From Clostridia bacterium (lineage in GTDB: Bacteria; Bacillota; Clostridia; TANB77; UBA1234), in the NCBI GenBank assembly GCA_017518295.1, contig JAFWVJ010000012.1:338010-402009 (forward strand): a DNA stretch of 64,000 bases. Reading direction: 5' to 3'. The position numbers were made by a program, and so were the translations under genes. Below, piece by piece: positions 1 through 9,542 of the stretch. The stretch's first letter is position 1; each line of letters begins with the position of its first letter. The notes beneath the pieces were generated by a model that saw only the letters and a program-made list of their open reading frames with translations, ran no database searches and was not told the DNA's origin.

Positions 1-99
1 TATTTCTACTATTATCTATTTTTAAAAAGAGAACCAATAAAACACCATCTAATGAGATTAAAAGAGCTCAAAAATACTTAAATGATTTTTTGAAAGGAA

Positions 100-387
100 G
101 TGCTGAAGATGAGTAAATATGAAACTTGGCATGAAGTAAAAAAAGAATTACGTATATCTAAAGAACAAGAAGCAGAAATCAAATTAGAAGAAGAACTAAT
201 TGAAGCTACAATTGCTGCAAGAAATAAGAAGCAATTGACTCAAAGAGAACTTAGCAAACGTACTTCAATACCGCAATCAACAATTGCAAGAATTGAATCC
301 GGACTAGTATCCCCTAAAATTCAGACATTAAATAAATTATTAATTGCAATGGGATATAGATTAAAAATAGTTGAAATGGATAAATAG
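100..387 (+). CDS. XRE-family helix-turn-helix DNA-binding protein (HigA/antitoxin-like, ~95 aa)
   Basis: ORF track; HTH core LTQRELSKRTSIPQSTIARIESG; followed by hairpin plus T-run. Confidence 0.6.
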   Translation: MLKMSKYETWHEVKKELRISKEQEAEIKLEEELIEATIAARNKKQLTQRELSKRTSIPQSTIARIESGLVSPKIQTLNKLLIAMGYRLKIVEMDK

Positions 388-395
388 GATATAAA

Positions 396-438
396 AAGCC
401 ACACCCATGCTTTGATGCTTGGGAGTGGCTTTATTATT
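396..438 (+). terminator. rho-independent terminator (also usable on minus strand)
   Basis: agccacaccca...tgggagtggct stem followed by ttattatt. Confidence 0.55.
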
Positions 439-499
439 ATGAAATATCAAAAGGGACTATATTATCTGTCACATTTTCATATGTAATACAACAATAAGT

Positions 500-1084
500 T
501 TATTCATAATACATCACTTTTCCGATTCTTTTAACATATGACTTTTTTGTGTTTTTATCAATATAATATAATTTTTTTGAATTATCCCATTTATAGCCAT
601 ATAATTTAAGTAATAGTTTAACATCATCTTTGCTTATTCTTAAAAGTCCTGCTAATTCGTTATGATTCCATAAATTTCTCTTGTATAAAAAATCCATCAT
701 CGCATGTGGATATGGTTTTTCCTTTTCAAAATATCTCTTAATAAAATCAATAAATGCTATAAAGCCACCAAATACTGATATAGCATTTATTATACTTCCA
801 ACCATTTCCCATACTTTAATCCAATCAATTAGAGTCGGCCCACCAGCTAGTGCAATCCCATATTCGATACAAATACAATTATTCTTTATATTATGTGTTT
901 TTATAAAATCATCAATTAAAATACTATCCAAATTTGCATTAAATCTTAATTGATTATTAATAATAATGTATGGTATTTCATTATTAATGAAGCTATTAGA
1001 ATAATAAACATAGTATCTATCATATGAAATTCCACATTGCGGTGCTCCAATCAACTCTCTAATTTGTTTCAAAGTAGATTTCAT
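500..1084 (-). CDS. hypothetical protein (194 aa), last gene of XRE/ImmA-Fic operon
   Basis: long ORF co-oriented and tightly spaced with upstream genes; hydrophobic segment GSIINAISVFGGFIAFIDFI; no recognisable motif. Confidence 0.4.
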   Translation of the reverse strand: MKSTLKQIRELIGAPQCGISYDRYYVYYSNSFINNEIPYIIINNQLRFNANLDSILIDDFIKTHNIKNNCICIEYGIALAGGPTLIDWIKVWEMVGSIINAISVFGGFIAFIDFIKRYFEKEKPYPHAMMDFLYKRNLWNHNELAGLLRISKDDVKLLLKLYGYKWDNSKKLYYIDKNTKKSYVKRIGKVMYYE

Positions 1085-1175
1085 ATTATATTCAATTTCA
1101 TAACATTCTGGCTTATAGTTTTTATCAATACATGATGATATAACATTTGAAGCCTAAATTAATAATTTCATTAAA

Positions 1176-2084
1176 TCATTCCTTCTTCATCATATCATAA
1201 TTCTCTTTTCCAAATTCACATGTATCGCCACAATCTATTAATCTGGGAATCCTTATCCTATCAAAACCTTCAATATCTAAATATGGTTCATAAATAATAC
1301 TCTTATGTAGCTGAGGATAACATATGGCATAACAGCCATTTACAAAATTGGAAACAATTATTCCATCTCCATATTCTATACTATTTCCAAATATTACACC
1401 TTCTCCAGGCAGCAGTGTTTGTCTTTTGAAAGTTTCAAAAAAGTATTCATTCGAATAAGTAAATCCATCTTTGCCATAATAACAATTAACCATGTTCTTC
1501 CCAACACTATCCGCATCAATATTTTTATTTAATACGTTTGAAAAGCAAAACTTGTCAAAACAAAACATGTTGTCTTCTTCAGACAAATCATTATCATAAT
1601 ACACATCCTTAATATTTTCATCAAGTCGCATGCTTTGAAAAGCTCTAAAACAATCTTTAACCCCTATCCAACATGAATCAACATCATTTAAAGTGCCGTC
1701 TTTAACTAAATACAAACCTTTATTTTTGTTATCAGCAAATGCAATTATAAAGTCAGTATCTTGATTATATTTGTTATTAATATCCAATGCTTTATTTACT
1801 ATTTCAGACAATGTAGATGATCCTCTATTTTCAATATAAGCTAAAAGTTCATTAAAATGTTCAACAATTCCAGCTGCACCAACACATAGATTTCTATTTA
1901 TAATTACATTTTTTATAATTCCATATTTATTGATTAAATTAGCGGTATCTCCAATTTTATTAAGCAACTGATCGGATATTTCACTATAATTAATCTTAGT
2001 ATCGGCCAATATATATAAATAATTATTAGTCTTTCTAGCAAATAAAAAACTCAAGTATTTGACCTCACTTCCTGTAATACTCAT
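1176..2084 (-). CDS. hypothetical protein (302 aa), Cys/Asp-rich C-terminal half
   Basis: long ORF in operon; no family recognised by eye. Confidence 0.45.
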   Translation of the reverse strand: MSITGSEVKYLSFLFARKTNNYLYILADTKINYSEISDQLLNKIGDTANLINKYGIIKNVIINRNLCVGAAGIVEHFNELLAYIENRGSSTLSEIVNKALDINNKYNQDTDFIIAFADNKNKGLYLVKDGTLNDVDSCWIGVKDCFRAFQSMRLDENIKDVYYDNDLSEEDNMFCFDKFCFSNVLNKNIDADSVGKNMVNCYYGKDGFTYSNEYFFETFKRQTLLPGEGVIFGNSIEYGDGIIVSNFVNGCYAICYPQLHKSIIYEPYLDIEGFDRIRIPRLIDCGDTCEFGKENYDMMKKE

Positions 2085-2129
2085 AGTGCAATAGTAATTT
2101 ATAATGCCTATAAAGTATTATAGTATTAA

Positions 2130-2531
2130 TTAATAATAAACTCTTTTAATCATTTCAGCTTCATTTTGATATCCTTTTTCCTCAAGTTTTTTTATAAACA
2201 CATCCCACGGCGGTATATTACTCATATAGGGTTTTCCCGGTCCAGAATACATACCTCCGCCAGGTCCTGTATACAGACCGCCACCTGGCCCTGAATATAA
2301 TCCACCTCCAGGAGCAGTTGATAATCCACCACCTGGTCCTCTATATAAACCACCACCTGGTCCTGTGTATAGGCCTCCGCCTGGTCCTGTGTATAGACCT
2401 CCTCCCGGTCCTGTGTATAAACCACCATTAGGTCCCCTATAAGCTCCACCACTTGGTCCTGTATATAATCCGCCTCCAGGAGCAGTTGATAGTCCACCAC
2501 CTGGTCCTGTATATTTATTTCTAGGCCACAT
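2130..2531 (-). CDS. glycine-rich protein with ~10 tandem GPGGGLYTGP-type decapeptide repeats and a short globular C-terminus
   Basis: translation shows (Y/S)(T/R/S)(G/A)P(G/S/N)GG(L/A/M)Y repeated; underlying 30-nt imperfect tandem DNA repeats; no signal peptide. Confidence 0.55.
   Translation of the reverse strand: MWPRNKYTGPGGGLSTAPGGGLYTGPSGGAYRGPNGGLYTGPGGGLYTGPGGGLYTGPGGGLYRGPGGGLSTAPGGGLYSGPGGGLYTGPGGGMYSGPGKPYMSNIPPWDVFIKKLEEKGYQNEAEMIKRVYY
2222..2521. repeat. 30-bp imperfect tandem repeat array (coding, within Gly-rich protein gene)
   Basis: repeated cctggtcctgtgtata(g/a)(g/a)cc(t/a)cc(g/a/t)cc units visible in sequence. Confidence 0.7.
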
Positions 2532-2543
2532 AATTTATTCCTC

Positions 2544-3899
2544 CTATTCTTCAAAAAACAAGTAGTTGTGTAATTCAGAAAGCGAATGTATTATTCTTTT
2601 TTCAACAAATACAATTAATGGAACATAATCGTTTTCTACATCAATCTTAGAAAGTGCATCCAAGTATTCTGCTTTTGATTCCTTATCCACATAAATCGGA
2701 GGAATTCTTTTAAGTCTAAACATCCAATTAAGCATTGCTCTTGATACTCTTCCATTTCCATCCGAAAAAGGATGAATTTTAATAAATCTATATATAAAAT
2801 ATATTACTCTTTCAATATATTCACTAGTTGAAAATTTATTAATATCCTTTATAAAAAAATCAAATTCTTTATCAAGCTTCTTCAATTCATCATCAATTTG
2901 CGAATATGAAATTGGTTGAATAGTACCACTTAATAATACTGCATCATTAGTTCTATAAAGTCCAGAATACTCAGGATAAGGAACATATGAATATAATAAT
3001 TTGTGTAATTTTTTGCATTTGTTGATTGAAAAACTCTCTTTTGTGGTTAAAACATATTTTTGCATTGTATAGTTTCCTAAAGTAAATACAATGCCTTCGT
3101 CTTCGATTTCAAAAAATTTACTCTTAATTCCATTGTACCTTAAATCCGTAAGTATATAAGGAACATCATTTTCATTTATTCCTTCTATGCGATTGTCATG
3201 ATAAATATAATCATTTAAAAATTTAATACCAGTTATTGAATTAAGATCTATCATACAATAGCTCATACTATTAATTGCATTTCCTATCAATAAGAAATCA
3301 TTAGTTGTTTTTATAAACTGCTTTCTTTTACTTTCCGGTTTATATTTTTTAATTCTATCATTAAGAGTATCATAATCTCCTTCAATGAATTTAAAATCGT
3401 AGGCTAACCTAAAAACACAACTTTGAAAACTTACACCAAAATATTCTGCAATATATGTAATAGATTCAAAAGAAATATATCCATTTTCATTCTTATAATA
3501 GTTATATAATTCTTTAACTTTAAAATCAGGCATTAAAAAGCAAGCTGCAAATCTATCTGCGAACTTTTCAATGCTACTATTAGAGTTTTTGAAACATTGT
3601 ATTTGAGCTATATCATTTTTTGCTTTTTTAATGTCTTTGACAAAATGACATAATTCGTGGGCAGCTGTAAATCTTTGTCTAGTCCATGGTCTATTCTTAT
3701 TAATACCTACAACAGTTACATTATCACTATCATTAATAATAATACCTTCTAAATCATCAAAATCAGAAAATGATATAACAACTTCATTGTCTTTTAAAAC
3801 ATTAAAAGGATCAATAGGGAATGAAATGCTGCCATTTTTCTTTTTAATTTTATTTAATTCATGTTTAGCTAGTTCATTAGGAGTTATAGTACCATTCAT
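2544..3899 (-). CDS. fusion protein: N-terminal ImmA/IrrE-family (COG2856) zinc metallopeptidase domain plus C-terminal Fic/Doc (AMPylation-type) domain
   Basis: HExxH motif AAHELCHFV in N-terminal half; Fic motif HPFSDGNGRVSR near C-terminus; adjacent to XRE regulator gene. Confidence 0.75.
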   Translation of the reverse strand: MNGTITPNELAKHELNKIKKKNGSISFPIDPFNVLKDNEVVISFSDFDDLEGIIINDSDNVTVVGINKNRPWTRQRFTAAHELCHFVKDIKKAKNDIAQIQCFKNSNSSIEKFADRFAACFLMPDFKVKELYNYYKNENGYISFESITYIAEYFGVSFQSCVFRLAYDFKFIEGDYDTLNDRIKKYKPESKRKQFIKTTNDFLLIGNAINSMSYCMIDLNSITGIKFLNDYIYHDNRIEGINENDVPYILTDLRYNGIKSKFFEIEDEGIVFTLGNYTMQKYVLTTKESFSINKCKKLHKLLYSYVPYPEYSGLYRTNDAVLLSGTIQPISYSQIDDELKKLDKEFDFFIKDINKFSTSEYIERVIYFIYRFIKIHPFSDGNGRVSRAMLNWMFRLKRIPPIYVDKESKAEYLDALSKIDVENDYVPLIVFVEKRIIHSLSELHNYLFFEE

Positions 3900-3904
3900 A
3901 TAAA

Positions 3905-4237
3905 TTATTTTTCCTTACTTTTATATTCGTTTTTAAGTTTTATAAGATTTAAAATCTCTTTTTTGTCTTTTTCACTTAGTTTTTTAAATCCTCTAGCAAA
4001 TGCAACCTCATGTTCATCTATCTTTGTATTATTAACTAACTCATCCATGCTAATATTATATAATTTAGAAAAATTCATTAGTTCATTAGCATCGATTTTT
4101 CTATTACCATTTTCAATTCTAAGTATAGCATCTCTACCAATATTAAGAATTTGTGCAACTTGTAATTGTGTAAGACCCAAATACTCTCTAGCATTTCTTA
4201 ATCTAATGCCAATCTTCTTGTAATCTAATTGTTTCAT
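3905..4237 (-). CDS. XRE-family HTH transcriptional regulator (ImmR-like partner of ImmA domain)
   Basis: LTQLQVAQILNIGRDAILRIENGNRKIDANEL HTH; 5 nt upstream of ImmA-Fic gene. Confidence 0.75.
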   Translation of the reverse strand: MKQLDYKKIGIRLRNAREYLGLTQLQVAQILNIGRDAILRIENGNRKIDANELMNFSKLYNISMDELVNNTKIDEHEVAFARGFKKLSEKDKKEILNLIKLKNEYKSKEK

Positions 4238-4360
4238 TTATAAACTCTCCTTTACATAATGCAAATATATTATATAACTATATGTTGAAATAGTCAACAT
4301 CATTTTTACTAATTAAGCCACTCCCTTGCCTCTCAGCAAAGGAATGGCTTTTATATTCTC

Positions 4361-4717
4361 TTATGGCTTACACACCTTACATGGTGTTAATCCCATACTT
4401 ATTGCTTGATCTAAAGTTATTTCAGTACATGAAGTCTTTAGATACCTACATCCTTCTTTATGATATTTCGTCCCTGTTTTCGTTCTATAAACAGTATCAC
4501 CTATAATAATACTCTTAAAATCTGTAACTCGTGAAACATTATTTGATGCACCAAGAAAAACACTACTATTATTAGAAGTGTTACTTCCTTTTACTTCTAA
4601 ATACTCAACCTTATTTTGTAATTCATTAATTATTTTTGAATTGTTGTATTGTAAATAACCTAGTAAGGATACAACAATAACAAATATAGTAATAATAGTC
4701 TTTTTCAAATAAAACAC
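4361..4717 (-). CDS. membrane-anchored small protein with C-terminal Cys motif (KYHKEGCRYL...PCKVCKP)
   Basis: N-terminal TM helix; C-terminal YHx3C...PCxxC putative metal-binding module. Confidence 0.5.
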   Translation of the reverse strand: MFYLKKTIITIFVIVVSLLGYLQYNNSKIINELQNKVEYLEVKGSNTSNNSSVFLGASNNVSRVTDFKSIIIGDTVYRTKTGTKYHKEGCRYLKTSCTEITLDQAISMGLTPCKVCKP

Positions 4718-4728
4718 CTCATTTAAAA

Positions 4729-6225
4729 CTATTTCTTTAGCAAATAATTTTTTAAATATAAAATTTCTTTTTTATAAAAAATCATACTTGAAATAAAATA
4801 GATTAATAAAATAATCAAAGAATATGTAATTCCAGCAATTATCCAGGAAAAAATAGAATAATCAACTGTAGGTATTAAATATAAACTAATGCAAATTCCT
4901 ACTAATGAAGAAACTCCAAATACTATAAATTTCTTTAAAAAAATACTTAATTTTCTATTAAGTATATGATTTTTTAGAAAATATACCTGATATATGGTTC
5001 TATAAGTCATTGCCACCAATGTACCAATTGCAATTCCTAATAATCCTAAATAATTAATTAAAACAATAGATACAGCAATATTTATAACAGCCTCTAAATA
5101 AGCTGGTATTTTCATCTTTTTAAACATATTAGCAGAATAAGCCAATGAAAGATGTGGGCTTTTTAAAACATACATTAATTCTGCTACCACTAAAACTATG
5201 CCAAATAGAGGCTCATAGTAATTAATATCAGTTATATTTTTAGTATATATCATTACAAAAGGCGTAATTAGTAATCCAGCGACAGTAAACAAAAATCCAA
5301 CAGCAAAAAAATTAAAGAATTCATATGTGTTAAATTTTTCATTTAATTCTTCGATATTTCCTTTGGCATATAAGTGTCCAATATTAGGCATTATGGCAGA
5401 GGTAATTGACTTAATAGTTTGTGTTAAGCCATTTACAACTAGCTTATATATTGAATAAACTGATACCAATTTTATGTCAGATAAAACTGTAAGTAGAAAA
5501 ACATCTGTGTTAGCATGTATAAAGTAAGCAATATTAATTGCAAAACCATCCCATCTTTGCTTAATAAGACTATTATCTTCTTTTAAAGATGAATCAATGA
5601 TAAAGTACTTTTTTATAAAATGATTAAATACAATTGGTTGAACAATATATAATAATGCGGAAATCATCTTTATAACATGAATACTTGGATAAATATACAA
5701 TGAAACAATTGCCAAAAATATATTTAAAACAAATATAATACTTTGAGTAAAAGAAACTATGTAAACCTTCTTGTCGGCATTTAATAACAATTTTAATGCA
5801 AGAGAAAAATGATACTGCATAAAAAGACCAAAAGACATTATTAATACCAATGTAATTAAATATATATATGAAAAAGATGTTTTTGCAATTAATGGATATA
5901 CAAAAGCAACAATTAAGCTATAAATTATAAATATATATGCAATTTTTCTAAAGAAATGCTTCGTAGTATTAAGAATTGAACTGATTTTACTATTGTCTTT
6001 ATTAAATAAAGGTTTGTAAAAAGCAGCCATAATAACCCCAGAAATGCCACCTTCTAATAAAGATATATAATTTAAAAATTGACCTACCGAAGAAACAAGG
6101 CCATTTACTTCAGAGCCAAAATTATTAAGTATCAATTTAGGCATAATGAAACCACTTAATATTGTTACGAATTGTAATATAAAATTTGAAATAATATTAA
6201 GTAAAACAACTTTATCTTTTTTCAA
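4729..6225 (-). CDS. wzx: oligosaccharide/polysaccharide flippase (Wzx/MOP family)
   Basis: ~500 aa, 12+ predicted TM segments, context in glycosyltransferase cluster. Confidence 0.7.
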   Translation of the reverse strand: MKKDKVVLLNIISNFILQFVTILSGFIMPKLILNNFGSEVNGLVSSVGQFLNYISLLEGGISGVIMAAFYKPLFNKDNSKISSILNTTKHFFRKIAYIFIIYSLIVAFVYPLIAKTSFSYIYLITLVLIMSFGLFMQYHFSLALKLLLNADKKVYIVSFTQSIIFVLNIFLAIVSLYIYPSIHVIKMISALLYIVQPIVFNHFIKKYFIIDSSLKEDNSLIKQRWDGFAINIAYFIHANTDVFLLTVLSDIKLVSVYSIYKLVVNGLTQTIKSITSAIMPNIGHLYAKGNIEELNEKFNTYEFFNFFAVGFLFTVAGLLITPFVMIYTKNITDINYYEPLFGIVLVVAELMYVLKSPHLSLAYSANMFKKMKIPAYLEAVINIAVSIVLINYLGLLGIAIGTLVAMTYRTIYQVYFLKNHILNRKLSIFLKKFIVFGVSSLVGICISLYLIPTVDYSIFSWIIAGITYSLIILLIYFISSMIFYKKEILYLKNYLLKK

Positions 6226-6242
6226 AACTAATCACCTCAATA

Positions 6243-7241
6243 CTATTTTTCAAAACTACATTTATCTGGAAGAATTGTTTCAAATGCATTAATTAGTTCT
6301 CTTTTAGCCTTATCGAAATCAACATTTGGATCATTATCATTCAAACAAATCATTTTATATTTTTGTTTTATAATTGAATTAATTATCTTTTCGTTATTAT
6401 TCGAGATAATAAATGGTTTACCAATTTTATAACTTCTAGGGGAAAAATTACCACTCAAAAGTTGATATTCTCTAATTAAATATTGATTAATATCAGTTTC
6501 GGTTCTAAATTTATGAGAATAAGTTTTTTCAAAAGTGTCTTTCTCTAAATTATAAAGTTCTTGGAATTTTGATTTAAGAAAAGACTGTGGCAAATGAGTA
6601 TATTTGATTCCCACAAAATTCTTAAAATATGAAAAAACAAAAGTTTTAAGATTGTTCTTGCCATATTTTATATTATAATATTTTCCTTTCAAACTCTTCT
6701 TACATTCGCTCTTCTTAAAATACTTTGACAATATGCATTCATTTTTAAACAAAGTTCCACAAAAAGGATCAATCCCAGGGTAAATAACATCTTCGGAAAA
6801 CGAGTCACATGGCAATCCATCTTTAAAAAAATCACTTTGAATGACCTCTTTAATTACAAACATATCATCATTAAAATAAACAAAATGTTCGCTAAGATCT
6901 TCAATATTATGGAAGTTCAATTCAAGTACTTTAGGATTATAAGTAGGTAAATATTTATTATCTATATAATCCTTATGATTAATTATTTTTAATTTTGGAT
7001 TATTAACATTTAAAAAGGCAGGTAAATGACCATAAGTGATAAAAAACACATTGTTTACCCATGGTGCAAATTTTTCAATGCCTCTAAACCAATATTTTAA
7101 TATATCCCAATCTCTATATCTATTAATTGAATCCGATATATCAAGATCGGGTTTAAATTTCTTTTTTTCTTCAAGCCACACAGGATCGCTTCCATCAACC
7201 CACATTAATAAAAAATCAATTTTATGATCCAAAAAAATCAC
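6243..7241 (-). CDS. Stealth-family capsular polysaccharide phosphotransferase (hexose-1-phosphate transferase)
   Basis: CR1-like LLMWVDGSDPVW and CR2-like NRYRDWDILKYWFRGIEKFAPWVNNVFFITYGH motifs. Confidence 0.7.
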   Translation of the reverse strand: MIFLDHKIDFLLMWVDGSDPVWLEEKKKFKPDLDISDSINRYRDWDILKYWFRGIEKFAPWVNNVFFITYGHLPAFLNVNNPKLKIINHKDYIDNKYLPTYNPKVLELNFHNIEDLSEHFVYFNDDMFVIKEVIQSDFFKDGLPCDSFSEDVIYPGIDPFCGTLFKNECILSKYFKKSECKKSLKGKYYNIKYGKNNLKTFVFSYFKNFVGIKYTHLPQSFLKSKFQELYNLEKDTFEKTYSHKFRTETDINQYLIREYQLLSGNFSPRSYKIGKPFIISNNNEKIINSIIKQKYKMICLNDNDPNVDFDKAKRELINAFETILPDKCSFEK

Positions 7242-7300
7242 CTCAAATTAAAGAAATTTTATATAAAAAATAAACAAAGTATGGTATTATCTCTAAACAA

Positions 7301-8456
7301 TTAAGAATTGCAATAATTCTTATGGTATTTTTCTGCTAAAAATAAAGCCAAAACAATGAATAGAACAATATCTCCACCCCTAAATTGAATTAAACCTATA
7401 ATTAGGTAGGTAATATTAAATGCAATATAAGGATTTGAAAAATAATACTTAATATTTTTAACAATGAAAAGAAATATTAAATAAACATAATATATAAAAC
7501 CAAACACTCCAACATCAAGCAACATTTGAAAATAAATGTTGTGAACATTTTCAACAGAATAATTTATAAAACTAATGTCTCTAACAGAATTAATGGCGTT
7601 ACCGCAAACCATAGCCAAACGGGTTTGTCAAAAATGCTCTAAACACATAAGTCCAAATAGTTGTCCTACCAATAATTCCCTTGTCATCTAAAGTATTTAA
7701 TAAGATAAAACGTTTAATAATATAATTTAAAAATCCAATTTTATACATTACAAATAATAAGACTGTAAATAATAATATTAGTATTAAACAATTAATAATA
7801 TTTTTTTTATTAAAAAATTGACTCAAAATAAATATAAATAACATTAAATTACAAATAATACCAGCACGAGATGTATATATAACAGAAGTAATTATACTGA
7901 AAATAAAATATGGAACTTGTCTTTTATCTCTTAAAAATAAAAATCCCATAAGAGCTATCCAGGTTGCTTCTAGATTTGAACCTCCACCAAAAAGGAAACC
8001 TATTTCTCCGCCAATATGTCCATTAATAGATGGAGATGATAAGAATTGAACTATAGTATTTATATTAAAGCAAAACCTAATAATAGTAAAAAACGCAATT
8101 GTTAATGCTACATATTGAAATATTGATAATAGCACACTAGATTCAATGTCACTTGATATATTTATTATTAAAACAATAATGTATAAACCAAATAAATAAT
8201 TTAATATCAAACTATCGAATCCAAATTTTAAATAAGCAAAAGTTGAAATTAAAGAAATAATTAAAAAGAAAAGCAATATTCTCTTCTCAGGCAAAAAAAC
8301 CTTTTCTCTCTTAAGCAAAAACAATAATCCCAATAATGAAAAAAGATGATATAATTTAAAAGCAAAACCATTTAATTGAATAAGATTAATATTTTGTAAA
8401 CAACACGTTAGTATTAATAGATATATATATGCATATCTTATATTTAGTTTAAACAT
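7301..8456 (-). pseudogene. wzy: Wzy-type oligosaccharide repeat-unit polymerase/O-antigen-ligase-like membrane protein, interrupted by a single-nt frameshift near 7600-7618
   Basis: two overlapping ORFs (7599-8456 and 7301-7618) in adjacent frames; deleting one nt gives continuous ...NPFGYGLGNAINSV...VENVHNIYFQMLLDVGVFGFI (Wzy_C-like). Confidence 0.55.
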
Positions 8457-8501
8457 ACCCTACTCCTTATAAAGCAAATCAAATTTACAATATCCCTTGA
8501 A

Positions 8502-9512
8502 TTAATGTAAATGAAGGCTTCTTTTTATTTTCTTAATCTTATTTCTTATCTTAATATATTTATATATTTTATAATAATTATTTTTTAAAGAATATCTAAA
8601 CAATAAACGTAATTCTCCGTTTAAGCTTACTATATTTTCTATTTTCAATATGTTTGATTCTTTTAAATAGTCAATATAAGAATGAATTAGATTTATTTGA
8701 TTTCTTTTATCATTTATTGTAAAAAAATCCGCAGATAACGCATCTCTATAGACCAACATGTATTTTTTTAATATAAATTTACTATCATAGTTCATTACAT
8801 CAAATAATTCTTTTAATTTTTCAACTAAATAAACTTGATTAAAAAACTCTTTATGTTTATAATCGCTAGAGATTCCAAAAGTATTATCAATATAATTATA
8901 ATAGCAATCGTTTGTAAATATTACATTATTAATATATTTGAAATATTCTATATTAAACAATAGATCCTCACCATTTTGATATTTTAAATTAAATCTAATA
9001 TTATTATCATCTATAATTTTTTTAAAATATATTTTATTACAAAGACTATTAAAAAAATTATTTTCAAGTAAATATTCAACCTTTTTTAAATATTCACAAC
9101 CATTATAAGATTTAATATCTAGCAATTTAATAATATTGAAATTTGAAATATAATTAATGCCACAAACCACAATGCTATTATCTTTCAAATTATTGACCAT
9201 AATTTCAATGTAATTCGGTAAAATATGGTCATCGCTATCAACAAACATGATGTATTCACCTGAAGAATTTGCTATGCCTATATTTCTTGCGTTAGCTACA
9301 CCTTTATTATCTATGTTAATTAATTTAACATTATCTTTATTTTTTACTATTTTTTCACAAATAATCTTTGTATTATCTTTGCTTCCATCGTTAACGATTA
9401 TTATCTCTATATTTTTGTAATTTTGATTTATTATTGACTCAATGCACTTTTTAATAGTATTTTGGCTATTAAAAGCAGGAACAATAATAGAAACTAAAGA
9501 ATTACTATTCAT
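8502..9512 (-). CDS. family 2 glycosyltransferase
   Basis: SIIVPAFNSQNTIKKCIESIINQNYKNIEIIIVNDGS...FVDSDD. Confidence 0.8.
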   Translation of the reverse strand: MNSNSLVSIIVPAFNSQNTIKKCIESIINQNYKNIEIIIVNDGSKDNTKIICEKIVKNKDNVKLINIDNKGVANARNIGIANSSGEYIMFVDSDDHILPNYIEIMVNNLKDNSIVVCGINYISNFNIIKLLDIKSYNGCEYLKKVEYLLENNFFNSLCNKIYFKKIIDDNNIRFNLKYQNGEDLLFNIEYFKYINNVIFTNDCYYNYIDNTFGISSDYKHKEFFNQVYLVEKLKELFDVMNYDSKFILKKYMLVYRDALSADFFTINDKRNQINLIHSYIDYLKESNILKIENIVSLNGELRLLFRYSLKNNYYKIYKYIKIRNKIKKIKRSLHLH

Positions 9513-9542
9513 ATATACTCCTTATTTGACAAATTGCCTTAA

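Noticed and set aside
2222-2554. 110-aa alternative-frame ORF across the Gly-rich repeat gene
   Set aside because: It is an alternative reading frame of the same tandem repeats (QDQVV... periodicity). The GPGGG frame is the one contiguous with the flanking operon.
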